This document shows positions 27,676 to 36,423 of a DNA stretch of 64,000 bases, in pieces; position 1 is the first letter of the stretch, and the number at the start of each line of letters is the position of its first letter. The translations under genes and the position numbers were made by a program. The stretch is taken from positions 3,808,001-3,872,000 of the forward strand of contig CBDBGH010000003.1 of assembly GCA_965205265.1 (NCBI GenBank), read 5' to 3'. Source of the stretch: Alphaproteobacteria bacterium. GTDB lineage: Bacteria > Pseudomonadota > Alphaproteobacteria > Bin95. The notes beneath the pieces were generated by a model, which was not told the DNA's origin, made no database searches, and worked only from the letters and a program-made list of their open reading frames with translations.

Positions 27676-28130
27676 TTCTCGCGGCCCTTCATCATGCGCA
27701 CGGCCTTGTAGCTCACCACCGTCTCGCCGCGCTGGTTCACCACGTCGTTCCGGGTCGTCACGATGCCGCGATTACCCTTGCTGGTGGCGCGCACATGCAG
27801 CACCTCGACCTCGACATGGATGGTGTCGCCGACATTGGTGGGACCCAGCACCTTGAGCTCGGTTTCCAGCATGGCGAGCCCGGTGTGCTGCATGGTGGAC
27901 TGCACCAGCAACCCCTCCGCGAAGGTGTAGCAGAGCGCGCCCGGCACCGGCCGCGCGCCCGCGATCGCGCCCTGGCCGGCATAGGTCGCGTCGGTGAAGA
28001 TCATCTCCACCATGCCGCAGGCATTGATGAAGTTGACGAGGTCCGCTTCGGTCACGGTGCGGTTGATGGTGCGGAACCGCTCCCCGACCTCGAGTTCGTC
28101 CCAGTGCAGGCCGAGGCCGACTGTGCGCAT
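27672..28130 (-). CDS. MaoC family dehydratase
   Basis: RTVTEADL, VGDTI and NQRGE motifs. Confidence 0.88.
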   Translation of the reverse strand: MRTVGLGLHWDELEVGERFRTINRTVTEADLVNFINACGMVEMIFTDATYAGQGAIAGARPVPGALCYTFAEGLLVQSTMQHTGLAMLETELKVLGPTNVGDTIHVEVEVLHVRATSKGNRGIVTTRNDVVNQRGETVVSYKAVRMMKGREN

Positions 28131-28179
28131 GGATTGGTGTTTCTTGTGCTTCGGTAGGATACTGCCTGACGGGCCGGGC

Positions 28180-29568
28180 TTACCCGGCCGGATCGGGGTC
28201 CCGATCCGTTTCCATCAGAAGTTGGACATCGTGTTCTGTCGGGGAATGCTCCCCAATTCCTTCCAGGATGAATTCGCCCATGCTGAACATGGTGCGCACG
28301 GCCTCTGCAATCAGGAAGAGGCGGAAACTCGGAATCGGGCAGACCAGCCTATGGTCCTCGCCCTCCTGCAGTGCGCCCCTGTGAACGAGGTGGTTCAGGA
28401 GTCCCGTGGGAGACATGCCCTCCGGCAACTGCCTGGCGCTGCTGCCTTCGGGCCTGTCGCGGATGCGCGCTCGGATGGTATCCACAACCTGATGCCGGTG
28501 CAGCCCGCCATCCCGGGCCGCCGCCATAATGTTGCCGACAAGTATGACGGCGTCACGCATCTCCTGGCTCCTGCGTCTCTCATAAGAGTCCAGACGCAAT
28601 GCGAGAGCGTGGCCGGTCACCGCCCGCTCATCGACCTTTGCAAGCACACCGCCAAACTCAAGAAGCCCTTCGCCGAGCGCCTGCATCGCATTCTGCAAAT
28701 GTTGCGGCCAACGGTCCGAAATGCGTTCCAGCAGCGCTGCCCAACGCTCGACATCGGCATTTTCGGCCTCAATGCGGAAGCTGGCCATCATCCGCCGTAC
28801 CGCCTCGGCCGCCTGCCCGGCATCCAGACAGCCGATTGTAAACACCGAGCCGGTCGAGAGGCGTGAGATTCCTCCCCGCTCGGTAAGCGCTGCCTGCGAA
28901 CTGGACAGACCGGCCAATACCGGCACAATCGGCAGACGGTCTACGGCGAGATGCAGGGATTCCAGTATCTTTCCCTCTTTCGGGTCCAGATTCTGGATTT
29001 CATCCACCATAAGGCAGATCGGCCGGTTCCAATCGGCGGGCGGGAATATCCGACGGAGCTCGGAAAGACCGGCGAGCGGTGGCGAGGTCGCCGTCGCTTG
29101 CGTCCCGCTGCCGCCAAGGGGGCCGATTCCGACGGTGGCTGCCCGGCTGCGCGTCACCGTCTGGCGGAACTGTTTCGCCTTGTCCGGGTCGAGCAGTTCG
29201 GCAATGGCGAGCACAAGAGCAGCCGGGTCATCCAGGGTCGGGCGATCCACCAATAACGGATGTGGGTTGCCGTCGCCCGATTGCGCCCAACTTTGCTGAA
29301 GATGCATGAGCAGGGCGGTCTTGCCGGCGCCGGGCGCCCCTTGGAAGAGGCGGGTTGCTCCTGCCAGCGCCTTTCCCTCCTTGAAGCGGCGGAAGGCGAG
29401 CGCGCAGGTCTGCTCGATCTCGTCGATTTCCGCCTTGCGGCCGACGAAGAACCATGCCGCGTTCCGGTCGCGCTCGGCGACGAACTCCCGAAGCCTGTCC
29501 AGATCGGGGCTGCGATCCTGTCCGGTGTCTGCCGTCATCTCCGTGGAACCCGCCATTAGGCGTGTCAT
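28180..29568 (-). CDS. stand-alone P-loop/AAA ATPase
   Basis: FVGRKAEI, Walker A GAPGAGKT, Walker B LMVDEIQ and C-terminal CPIPSF. Codon usage is less GC-biased than neighbours. Start is approximate. Confidence 0.8.
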   Translation of the reverse strand: MTRLMAGSTEMTADTGQDRSPDLDRLREFVAERDRNAAWFFVGRKAEIDEIEQTCALAFRRFKEGKALAGATRLFQGAPGAGKTALLMHLQQSWAQSGDGNPHPLLVDRPTLDDPAALVLAIAELLDPDKAKQFRQTVTRSRAATVGIGPLGGSGTQATATSPPLAGLSELRRIFPPADWNRPICLMVDEIQNLDPKEGKILESLHLAVDRLPIVPVLAGLSSSQAALTERGGISRLSTGSVFTIGCLDAGQAAEAVRRMMASFRIEAENADVERWAALLERISDRWPQHLQNAMQALGEGLLEFGGVLAKVDERAVTGHALALRLDSYERRRSQEMRDAVILVGNIMAAARDGGLHRHQVVDTIRARIRDRPEGSSARQLPEGMSPTGLLNHLVHRGALQEGEDHRLVCPIPSFRLFLIAEAVRTMFSMGEFILEGIGEHSPTEHDVQLLMETDRDPDPAG

Positions 29569-29618
29569 TTCCTGTCCGGGCAACCTAACGACTGCGGGAC
29601 ATCGCGCAAGCGGGACGC

Positions 29619-30806
29619 CTAAATGGCTGCCCCGGCGGCCTTGAGCGCGTCGATCTCCTCCGCTCCGTAGCCTACCTCGCCCAGCAACTCGGCGGTGTGC
29701 TGGCCGAGGCGCGGCGGGTGATGCGTATAGACATGCCCGCTCTTCTCGAAGCGCACCGGGAAGTCGGGCTGGACGATGGGCCCCTCGCTCGGATGCTCCA
29801 TATGGCGGAAGAAGCCGACCGCCTTCAGATGCGGGTCCTCGGGCAGGTCCTCCATCGCGTTCACGCGCATATAGGGAATTTCCAGCCGTTCCAGCAGTTC
29901 GACCCATTCCTCCGTGGTGCGCGTCGCCAGGATTTCGCCGACGACCGCATAGAGTTTCTCGACATTCTCCGTGCGCGCACCCATGTCGGCGTATAGCGGA
30001 TCGTCCGCCAGCCCCGCCCGGCCCGCCGCCTCCACGAACCGGCGCCACTGGCCGTCATTGTAGGCGAGCACGTTCAGATGCCCGTCCGCCGTCGGATAGG
30101 GCTTGCGCCAGCGCGCCAGCACGCGCGGATAGCCCATCGGCGCCAGCGGCGGATCGAACACATGGCCGTAGAGATGCTCCATGGCGTTGAAATGCGCCAT
30201 GGACTCGAACATCGGCACCTCGACGAACTGGCCCTCGCCCGTTCGCTCCCGGTGCAGCAGCGCCGCCGCCACCGCCCAGGCCGCCATGAGCCCGCAGGTC
30301 TTGTCGGCGGCCACCATCGGCGTGAAGCGCGGCTCGCCCGCAAGCGGCTCCATCAGCGCCGCCAGTCCCGAGCCGCCCTGGATGATGTCGTCATAGGCCG
30401 GCCGCCCGGCATAGGGGCCTTTCTCGGAAAAGCCGTGCAGGCCCGCATAGACGATGCGCGGGTTGCGCGCCCCGACCGCGTCGGGCCCGAAGCCGAGACG
30501 CTGTATCGCCTGCGGGCGGATCGAGTGGATGAACACGTCGGCCGTGTCCACCAGCCGCCAGAGCGCCTCGCGCGCCTCCTCGCGCTTGAGGTCGAGGCAG
30601 ACGCCGCGCTTGTTGCGGTTGCAGAGCAGGAAGAAGGCCGCCATGCCGGGATTGCGCCCCGGCCCGGTCTTGCGGGTCGTGTCGCCTGCGGGCGCCTCGA
30701 TCTTCACGACATCGGCGCCCATGTCTCCCAGCAGCATGGTGCAATAGGGGCCGAACAGCACGGAGGTGAGGTCAAGGACCCGGATGCCTTCCATCGGCGC
30801 GCTCAC
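29619..30806 (-). CDS. CaiB/BaiF family CoA transferase
   Basis: GIRVLDL, GADVVKIE, NRNKR and PAYD motifs. Confidence 0.92.
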   Translation of the reverse strand: MSAPMEGIRVLDLTSVLFGPYCTMLLGDMGADVVKIEAPAGDTTRKTGPGRNPGMAAFFLLCNRNKRGVCLDLKREEAREALWRLVDTADVFIHSIRPQAIQRLGFGPDAVGARNPRIVYAGLHGFSEKGPYAGRPAYDDIIQGGSGLAALMEPLAGEPRFTPMVAADKTCGLMAAWAVAAALLHRERTGEGQFVEVPMFESMAHFNAMEHLYGHVFDPPLAPMGYPRVLARWRKPYPTADGHLNVLAYNDGQWRRFVEAAGRAGLADDPLYADMGARTENVEKLYAVVGEILATRTTEEWVELLERLEIPYMRVNAMEDLPEDPHLKAVGFFRHMEHPSEGPIVQPDFPVRFEKSGHVYTHHPPRLGQHTAELLGEVGYGAEEIDALKAAGAAI

Positions 30807-31690
30807 AACCCGTCCTCCCGCCCGGCGCCCGAATAGTCGAGCTCGAACCAGGACGGCCGCCCGAACGCCCAGGGATCGCCCCAGAGCTGCTGGCCGCCGT
30901 CCACCGTCACCACCTCGCCGGTGACGAACTTGCCCGACGGCGCGGAGAGGTAGGCGATGGCCTCCGCTACATCCCATTCGTCGCCGGCGCGCAGCATCGG
31001 GTTGGACTGGGCGAATGTGGCGGCTCCCGATGCCGGGTAGCGGCCGAAGGCGGTCGTCTCGCAGCAGCCGGGGGCCACGCAATTGATGCGGATGCCGAGC
31101 GGCGCCCACTCGACCGCCACCGTCCTGGAGAGATACACGACGCCCGCGCGCGCCGCGGCGGTATGCGCCACGCCGGGAATGCCGCGCCATATATCGGCCA
31201 CCACATTGACGATGGAGCCGCTTTCCTCCCGCTCCCGCCAGAGGCGCGCGGCGGTCTGCATCATCCACCAGGTGCCGTTCAGATTGGTGTCGATGACGGC
31301 CCGCCAGCCCTTGACCGAGAAGTCGATGGCGTCCTGCGCGAACTGGCCGCCGGCATTGTTGACGAGATGGTCCAGCCGGCCGTGCTCCTCGAACACGCGG
31401 CCGAGCAGCGCGCCCACGGCTTCCGGGTCGCGGATGTTGCAGACGGCCGTGTCGAGGGCGAAGCCGCGCTCCCGGAACAACGCCTCCAGCGCATGGAGCT
31501 TGGCCCGGTCGCGCCCGATGACCACGACCCGGGCCCCCAGCCGCGCGAACAGGATCGCCGTCGCCTTGCCGAGCCCGCTGCCGCCGCCCGAGACCAGCGC
31601 CGTCTCGCCCTGGAACAGGTCCCCGCGATAGACCGTCGGCCAGTCGAACATCCGCTCGTCATGGCCGTATGCCGCCGGGCCGCCGGTCAT
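30803..31690 (-). CDS. SDR oxidoreductase (2,4-dienoyl-CoA reductase-like)
   Basis: SGGGSGLG, NNAGGQF and HTAAARAG motifs. Confidence 0.88.
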   Translation of the reverse strand: MTGGPAAYGHDERMFDWPTVYRGDLFQGETALVSGGGSGLGKATAILFARLGARVVVIGRDRAKLHALEALFRERGFALDTAVCNIRDPEAVGALLGRVFEEHGRLDHLVNNAGGQFAQDAIDFSVKGWRAVIDTNLNGTWWMMQTAARLWREREESGSIVNVVADIWRGIPGVAHTAAARAGVVYLSRTVAVEWAPLGIRINCVAPGCCETTAFGRYPASGAATFAQSNPMLRAGDEWDVAEAIAYLSAPSGKFVTGEVVTVDGGQQLWGDPWAFGRPSWFELDYSGAGREDGL

Positions 31691-31852
31691 GCGGACGGGC
31701 GGCCTCCGGCCCGCACGCGCCGGGCATGGCGAACCGGATAACGGCCGGGCGGTCCTGCCCCGTTCTGTCCGGTCCCGTGCAAATGCCTGCCTCCCGCGTC
31801 CTCCCGGCGCGGCCGGAATGTGGCAGTCCCCGCGCCGCCGCGCAACCGGCGG

Positions 31853-32410
31853 TCAGTCGCGTCCGCCCAGCTTGGCCAGCAGGGCGAGGGCCTCGCCCGC
31901 GGTTTCGACGAAGGCCGTGTCGTCGAGGAGTTCCGGCGAAAGGAAGCCGGCGCGTTCCATCTCCGAAAGCAGGTGCGAGAGCGGCGACCAGAAGGCGCGG
32001 TCCACCAGGATGACCGGCTTGCGGTGCAGGTCGAGGCTGATCCAGGACAGCGCCTCGGCAACCTCGTCCAGCGTGCCGATGCCGCCGGGCAGGACGAGGA
32101 AGGCGTCGGAGCGGGCATGCATTTCCGCCTTGCGTTCGTGCATGGACGGGGTCACCACAAGTTCCGTCAGGCCGGAATGCATCACCTCCCGCTCATGCAG
32201 GAATTCGGGGATGACGCCTATGACCTCGCCGCCGGCCTCCAGCGCGGCGTCGGCGAGCACGCCCATCAGGCCCACATGGCCGCCGCCATAGACGGTGCGC
32301 ATGCCTGCCCTTGCGATAAGCCGCCCGGTCTCCGCCGCAAGCGCGCGGCGCGCCGGCCCGTCCCCGACCCGGGAGCCGCAGAACACGCAGACGCTCTCGA
32401 TCTTCGCCAT
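31853..32410 (-). CDS. LOG family protein (TIGR00730)
   Basis: VCVFCGS, YGGG..GLMG, MHERK and PGGIGTLDE motifs. Confidence 0.92.
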   Translation of the reverse strand: MAKIESVCVFCGSRVGDGPARRALAAETGRLIARAGMRTVYGGGHVGLMGVLADAALEAGGEVIGVIPEFLHEREVMHSGLTELVVTPSMHERKAEMHARSDAFLVLPGGIGTLDEVAEALSWISLDLHRKPVILVDRAFWSPLSHLLSEMERAGFLSPELLDDTAFVETAGEALALLAKLGGRD

Positions 32411-32467
32411 GTCGAACCTTTCTTCGGCGGGTAGCACAGTTTATGTTGCCATCGTAACGAAACGGCA

Positions 32468-34708
32468 GTGTTCGTGGCCCGTATTATTCCCATAGCCCTT
32501 GTCGGCCTTGCGCTGGTTCTCTATGCCTTGTGGCGGGGTGCCTATCCCGACCTGTTCGAGGAGACGGAGACGGCGCCGCCGGCGCAGACCGCCGCAGCGC
32601 CCGAGAGGGCCCCGTCCGCGGAGGCGCCGGGCGCGTCGGAGACGCCTGCCGCCGCCCCCGCTGCGGCGCCCGACAGGCTGCCGGAGAAACCGCAACTCGA
32701 CGTCGTGCGCATAAACGAGGACGGCGATACCGTGATCGCCGGCAAGGCCGAGCCCGGCGCATCGGTCACCATCGCCACCCAGGACGGACCTCTCGCGACG
32801 GTGAAGGCCGACGAGCGGGGCAAGTGGGTTGCGCTTCCCGAAAAGCCGCTGCCCGCGGGCGACCACGCCGTGACGATCGAATCGACCGGAAAGAACGGCG
32901 AGACGGAAGTGGGCGACAAGACGATCGTCGTCTCGATCCCGGAGGGGACGGGCGGCAAGCCGCTCGTGGTCGCCGTGCCGACGAGGGATTTCGGCGCCAG
33001 CGAGGTTATCCAGCGGCCCGAAAGCCCCCCCGGCGCAGAGACGACGGCCGGGATCGGGCAAGAGCCTCCGGAGGGCGCGCCGGCCGAAAAGCCGGTCGTC
33101 GTGGCCGAGGCGCCGAAAGCGCCGGCGCAGCCGGCCGGGACCGGCGCTGCGGCGCCCGAACCGCAAGGGGAGGGGGCAACGGGCGAAGAAGCGGCGCAAG
33201 GCAGCGCAGCAGACAAGCCGGCCGTCGTGGCCGAAGCGCCCGCAACACCCGCCGGACAGGCCGCGCAATCGGATGAGGCCACCCCGCAGGACGGCGCCAC
33301 CGATCGGACGCCTTCGACGGTCGCGCAAGCCTCCGGGGCCGAGGGACAAAAGGTCCCGGCTGCCGGGGAGACCAAGGAACCGCGGGTCGCGGCCAAGGCT
33401 CCCGAACAGCCGACACCCGCAGCCGAAGAGTCCGCGACCCCGCCGGCACAGCAGATGGCTGCTGCCGACAAGACCGCTCCGGCCGCCCGGAAGGATGAGG
33501 AAACGCCGGTAGCGGCCAAGGCCCCCGAACAGCCGAAACCCGCAGCCGAAGACTCCGCGGCCCCGCCGGCGCAGCAGATGGCTGCTGCCGACAAGACCGC
33601 TCCGGCCGCCCGGAAGGATGAGGAAACGCCGGTAGCGGCCAAGGCTCCCGAACAGCCGAAACCAGCGGCCGAAGAGTCCGCGGCCCCGCCGGCGCAGCAG
33701 GTGGCTGCTGCCGACAAGACCGCTCCGGCCGCCCGGAAGGATGAGGAAACGCCGGTAGCGGCCAAGGCCCCCGAACAGCCGAAACCCGCAGCCGAAGACT
33801 CCGCGGCCCCGCCAGCACAGCAGAAGCAGGCGGCTGCCGACAAAGCTGATCCGGAAGCCGGGAAGGTGGAGGAAGCGCCGGTCGCGGCCGAGGCTCCCAG
33901 GATCGCGAAACCGGGTGCCGGAGGCCCTGCGACACCGTCTGCGCAGCAGCAGGCATCTGCCGACAAGGCCGCTCCGGCAGCCGGGAAGGATGGGGAAGCG
34001 CCGGTCGCGGCCGAGGCTTCCAGGATCGCGAAACCGGGTGTCGGAGGCTCTGCAACACCGTCTGCGCAGAAGCAGGCAGCTGCCGACAAGGCCGCTCCGG
34101 CAGCCGGGAAGGATGAGGAAGCGCCGGTCGCAGCCAAGGCCCCCGAGGCGCCGAAACCCGCCGGCGGAGAGACCGCGACGCCGACTGCGCAGCAGCAGGC
34201 CGCGGCCGGCGGCAAGCCGTCGCCGGGAGGCGTGTCCGTCGATTCGGTCGATTACGACGACAAGGGCAATCTGGCGCTTTCCGGAACGGCGAAGCCCGGC
34301 TCGACCGTCGAGCCGAAGATCGCCGGGGCGGAATCCGGCGTCGAATCGCTGGGCAAGGCCCGCGCGGACGAAAAAGGCGAGTGGCGCCTTCGCGTGGAGC
34401 GCGATGTCGCGCCCGGACGCTACGACCTCACGGTTGAGGAACGCGGCCCCGGGGGCGAACCGCGCTCGCGCATCCGCCTGCCCTTCGAGCGCGCGGACCC
34501 GATCACCGACTTCCCGCCGGGCGACATCGTGGTGGTGCAGCCGGGCAACAGCCTCTGGCGCATCGCGCGCAGGATCTACGGCCAGGGCGTGCGCTACACC
34601 GTCATCTACGCCGCCAACCGGGGGCAGATCGGCGATCCGGACCTGATCTTCCCCGGCCAGATCTTCTCGGTCCCGCAGGAAGACCGGGCCGCCCGCGCGC
34701 CGGGCTAG
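32468..34708 (+). CDS. LysM peptidoglycan-binding protein with Ig-like domains and a long Pro/Ala repeat linker
   Basis: N-terminal TM, DVVRI..DG..VIAG.AEPG domain and C-terminal VQPGNSLWRIA...YG.G..Y..IY.AN..QI.DPDLIFPGQ. Confidence 0.9.
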   Translation: MFVARIIPIALVGLALVLYALWRGAYPDLFEETETAPPAQTAAAPERAPSAEAPGASETPAAAPAAAPDRLPEKPQLDVVRINEDGDTVIAGKAEPGASVTIATQDGPLATVKADERGKWVALPEKPLPAGDHAVTIESTGKNGETEVGDKTIVVSIPEGTGGKPLVVAVPTRDFGASEVIQRPESPPGAETTAGIGQEPPEGAPAEKPVVVAEAPKAPAQPAGTGAAAPEPQGEGATGEEAAQGSAADKPAVVAEAPATPAGQAAQSDEATPQDGATDRTPSTVAQASGAEGQKVPAAGETKEPRVAAKAPEQPTPAAEESATPPAQQMAAADKTAPAARKDEETPVAAKAPEQPKPAAEDSAAPPAQQMAAADKTAPAARKDEETPVAAKAPEQPKPAAEESAAPPAQQVAAADKTAPAARKDEETPVAAKAPEQPKPAAEDSAAPPAQQKQAAADKADPEAGKVEEAPVAAEAPRIAKPGAGGPATPSAQQQASADKAAPAAGKDGEAPVAAEASRIAKPGVGGSATPSAQKQAAADKAAPAAGKDEEAPVAAKAPEAPKPAGGETATPTAQQQAAAGGKPSPGGVSVDSVDYDDKGNLALSGTAKPGSTVEPKIAGAESGVESLGKARADEKGEWRLRVERDVAPGRYDLTVEERGPGGEPRSRIRLPFERADPITDFPPGDIVVVQPGNSLWRIARRIYGQGVRYTVIYAANRGQIGDPDLIFPGQIFSVPQEDRAARAPG
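33380..34205. repeat. 123-126 bp coding tandem repeat (~7 units)
   Basis: GCTGCCGACAAG recurs at 33461, 33584, 33707, etc. Encodes 41-42 aa PVAAKAPEQPKPAAE...AADK units. Confidence 0.9.
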
Positions 34709-34974
34709 CCCGCATTTCTCACGAAGGTCATGGTCTGCGCGGCGCTGTCGGGCCGGCAGGGTAGGAGAGCTGCGCCGCGCGATGCGGGGCATCGGGCAAG
34801 CGGCTCGACGCACCATGCCGGCCCGACAGCGCCGCCCTCCGGGTCGCGCCCAGGCGTCCGCCCGCGGCGTCGCGGGCCTCGCCCGTAGCCCCGCTACGCT
34901 CTTCGGCCCGCTCCTTGCGGAGCGGACGCCTGGACGCGACGCAGGCCGCGACCTTCGTGAGAAAGGCGGGCTAG
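34705..34974. mobile_element. MITE (~270 bp) with ~35-bp terminal inverted repeats
   Basis: Left end CTAGCCCGCATTTCTCACGAAGGTCATGGTCTGCG; reverse complement of right end CTAGCCCGCCTTTCTCACGAAGGTCGCGGCCTGCG. No ORF of note. Confidence 0.75.
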
Positions 34975-36027
34975 AGCGGAATCCGATCATGTTGCGGAGT
35001 ATCCTGCGGCGTTGAAGTAGTTTTTGCATTCTTGCGGTGAGAAGGTCTGGGAGATTTGTCCGATGGTGTTCCAGAGGCCGTCGACAGTTCTCTCGGCAGC
35101 TTTTCGTAGCCTTGCCTTGAGCTTTGCGAAGGCGAGTTCGATGGGATTGAAGTCAGGGCTGTAGGGCGGCAGGAAGAGGAGTTGCGCGCCGGCGTCCTCG
35201 ATCATCTTGCAAACCCTGGGTCCCTTGTGGCTTGAGAGGTTGTCCATGACGACGATATCGCCGGGCCTCAGTTCGGGGACGAGGACCACTTTGACGTAGG
35301 CCTCGAAGGCATCGCGGTCGATGGCGCCGGAGAGCACGAAGGGGGCAATCATGCCGCGCGGCGTGAGCCCGGCGACGAAGGTGGTTGTGTTCCAGTGTCC
35401 GTGAGGGACGGCCATGCGCAGACGTTTGCCGCGCGGGGCCCAGCCGTGGGTGCGGGCCATGTTGGTCTTGGCCCCTGTCTCATCGATGAACACCAGCCGG
35501 TCGGGGTCGAGGCCGGGCTGGCTGTCGCGCCAGGTGCGCCGTCGGCTCAGCACGTCCGGGCGATCCTGCTCCGCCGCCTGGCCGGTCTTTTTTTGCGCGT
35601 GATGGCGTGGCGCACGAGGAAGCGCTGTATCGCCCCGTAGCTGAAGGCGAGGCCCCGGTCCCCGAGAGCCGCGCGCAACTCCTCGATGGTCATGTCCCGC
35701 TTCTCCTCAAGAAGACCCAGGATCACATCGCGCTGCGCTTCGATCCGCCCCGAGCGACGGTCCCCGCCAAGCGCCTTCGGGCGCGCGTCTCCCTGTTCGC
35801 GCGCCAGCGCACGCCAGCGGCTCACGCTCGCCGCACTCACCCCAAAACGCGCACCAGCCGCTCTATGGCTCATGCCCGCACATACCGCCGACAGAACCCG
35901 ATTGCGAAGATCAAGGGAAAGCGCTTTCGACATCTCAGCCGGCCTCCTCATCCCGGCCGACATCTTGAATCACAAATCCTCCGCCCCGTGAATCCCCCTC
36001 GATTCAATCAGGTCAGATCATGCTCTA
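34972..36027 (-). mobile_element. IS630 family insertion sequence
   Basis: TAGAGC...GCTCTA ends at CTAG/TA targets, enclosing a two-frame transposase. Confidence 0.88.
34987..35933 (-). CDS. IS630 transposase (orfA 35547-35933, orfB 34987-~35590; -1 programmed frameshift)
   Basis: HTH in orfA; FIDET, MDNL..HK and LPPYSPDFNPIE in orfB. A7G slippery site at 35587-35594, with orfB in the -1 frame. Confidence 0.88.
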
Positions 36028-36246
36028 GGCGGCGGCGCGCTCCGCTTCGCGCTCCTCGTCGGGGTCGCGATAGGCCCGCTCGACATGGGCGGCGCAGTAG
36101 GAGTGCGGCGCGAGCGTCGGTTCGCCGCAATAGCGGAAGGTCTCCAGGTCCTGCGGATCGCCGAACGGCCACTGGCAGGTGCGGAAGGGAGACTGTTTGG
36201 CGTTTTCGAACAGGGAGCGCACGGAGGCACCGTTGGCAGCGGACAT
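36025..36246 (-). CDS. mini-protein consisting of a GcrA C-terminal-like domain
   Basis: TCQWPFGDP...FRYCG.......YCAAH...AY. No N-terminal HTH. Confidence 0.72.
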   Translation of the reverse strand: MSAANGASVRSLFENAKQSPFRTCQWPFGDPQDLETFRYCGEPTLAPHSYCAAHVERAYRDPDEEREAERAAA

Positions 36247-36265
36247 GGCTCATGTCTCCCGGTGG

Positions 36266-36312
36266 ATGTTGCGTTGCAGCGAAGAATGTTGCATTGCGGC
36301 ATTGCCGTCAAG
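36266..36312 (-). promoter_or_regulatory. promoter region with tandem TGC-rich (PhaR-like) boxes
   Basis: ATGTTGCRTTGCRGC repeated at 20-bp period (36266, 36286), overlapping a promoter with a CTTGAC -35. Confidence 0.45.
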
Positions 36313-36423
36313 CGGCTTTCTTTGCGCCCGCAATGCCGATGCGTCTGCGGCAGAATGGGGCGGCGTTTCGGGATTTCAAGGCCCGTCGCGGAAAAAAATT
36401 TTATCGGCTAGGCTCGCCGGGCC

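Noticed and set aside
33380-34205. CRISPR array or DGR template/variable repeats
   Set aside because: Contiguous in-frame tandem repeats, with no spacers, no adenine-specific variation and no reverse transcriptase in the window.
35547-35600. IS630 transposase as a frameshifted pseudogene
   Set aside because: An A7G slippery site with orfB in the -1 frame matches programmed frameshifting.
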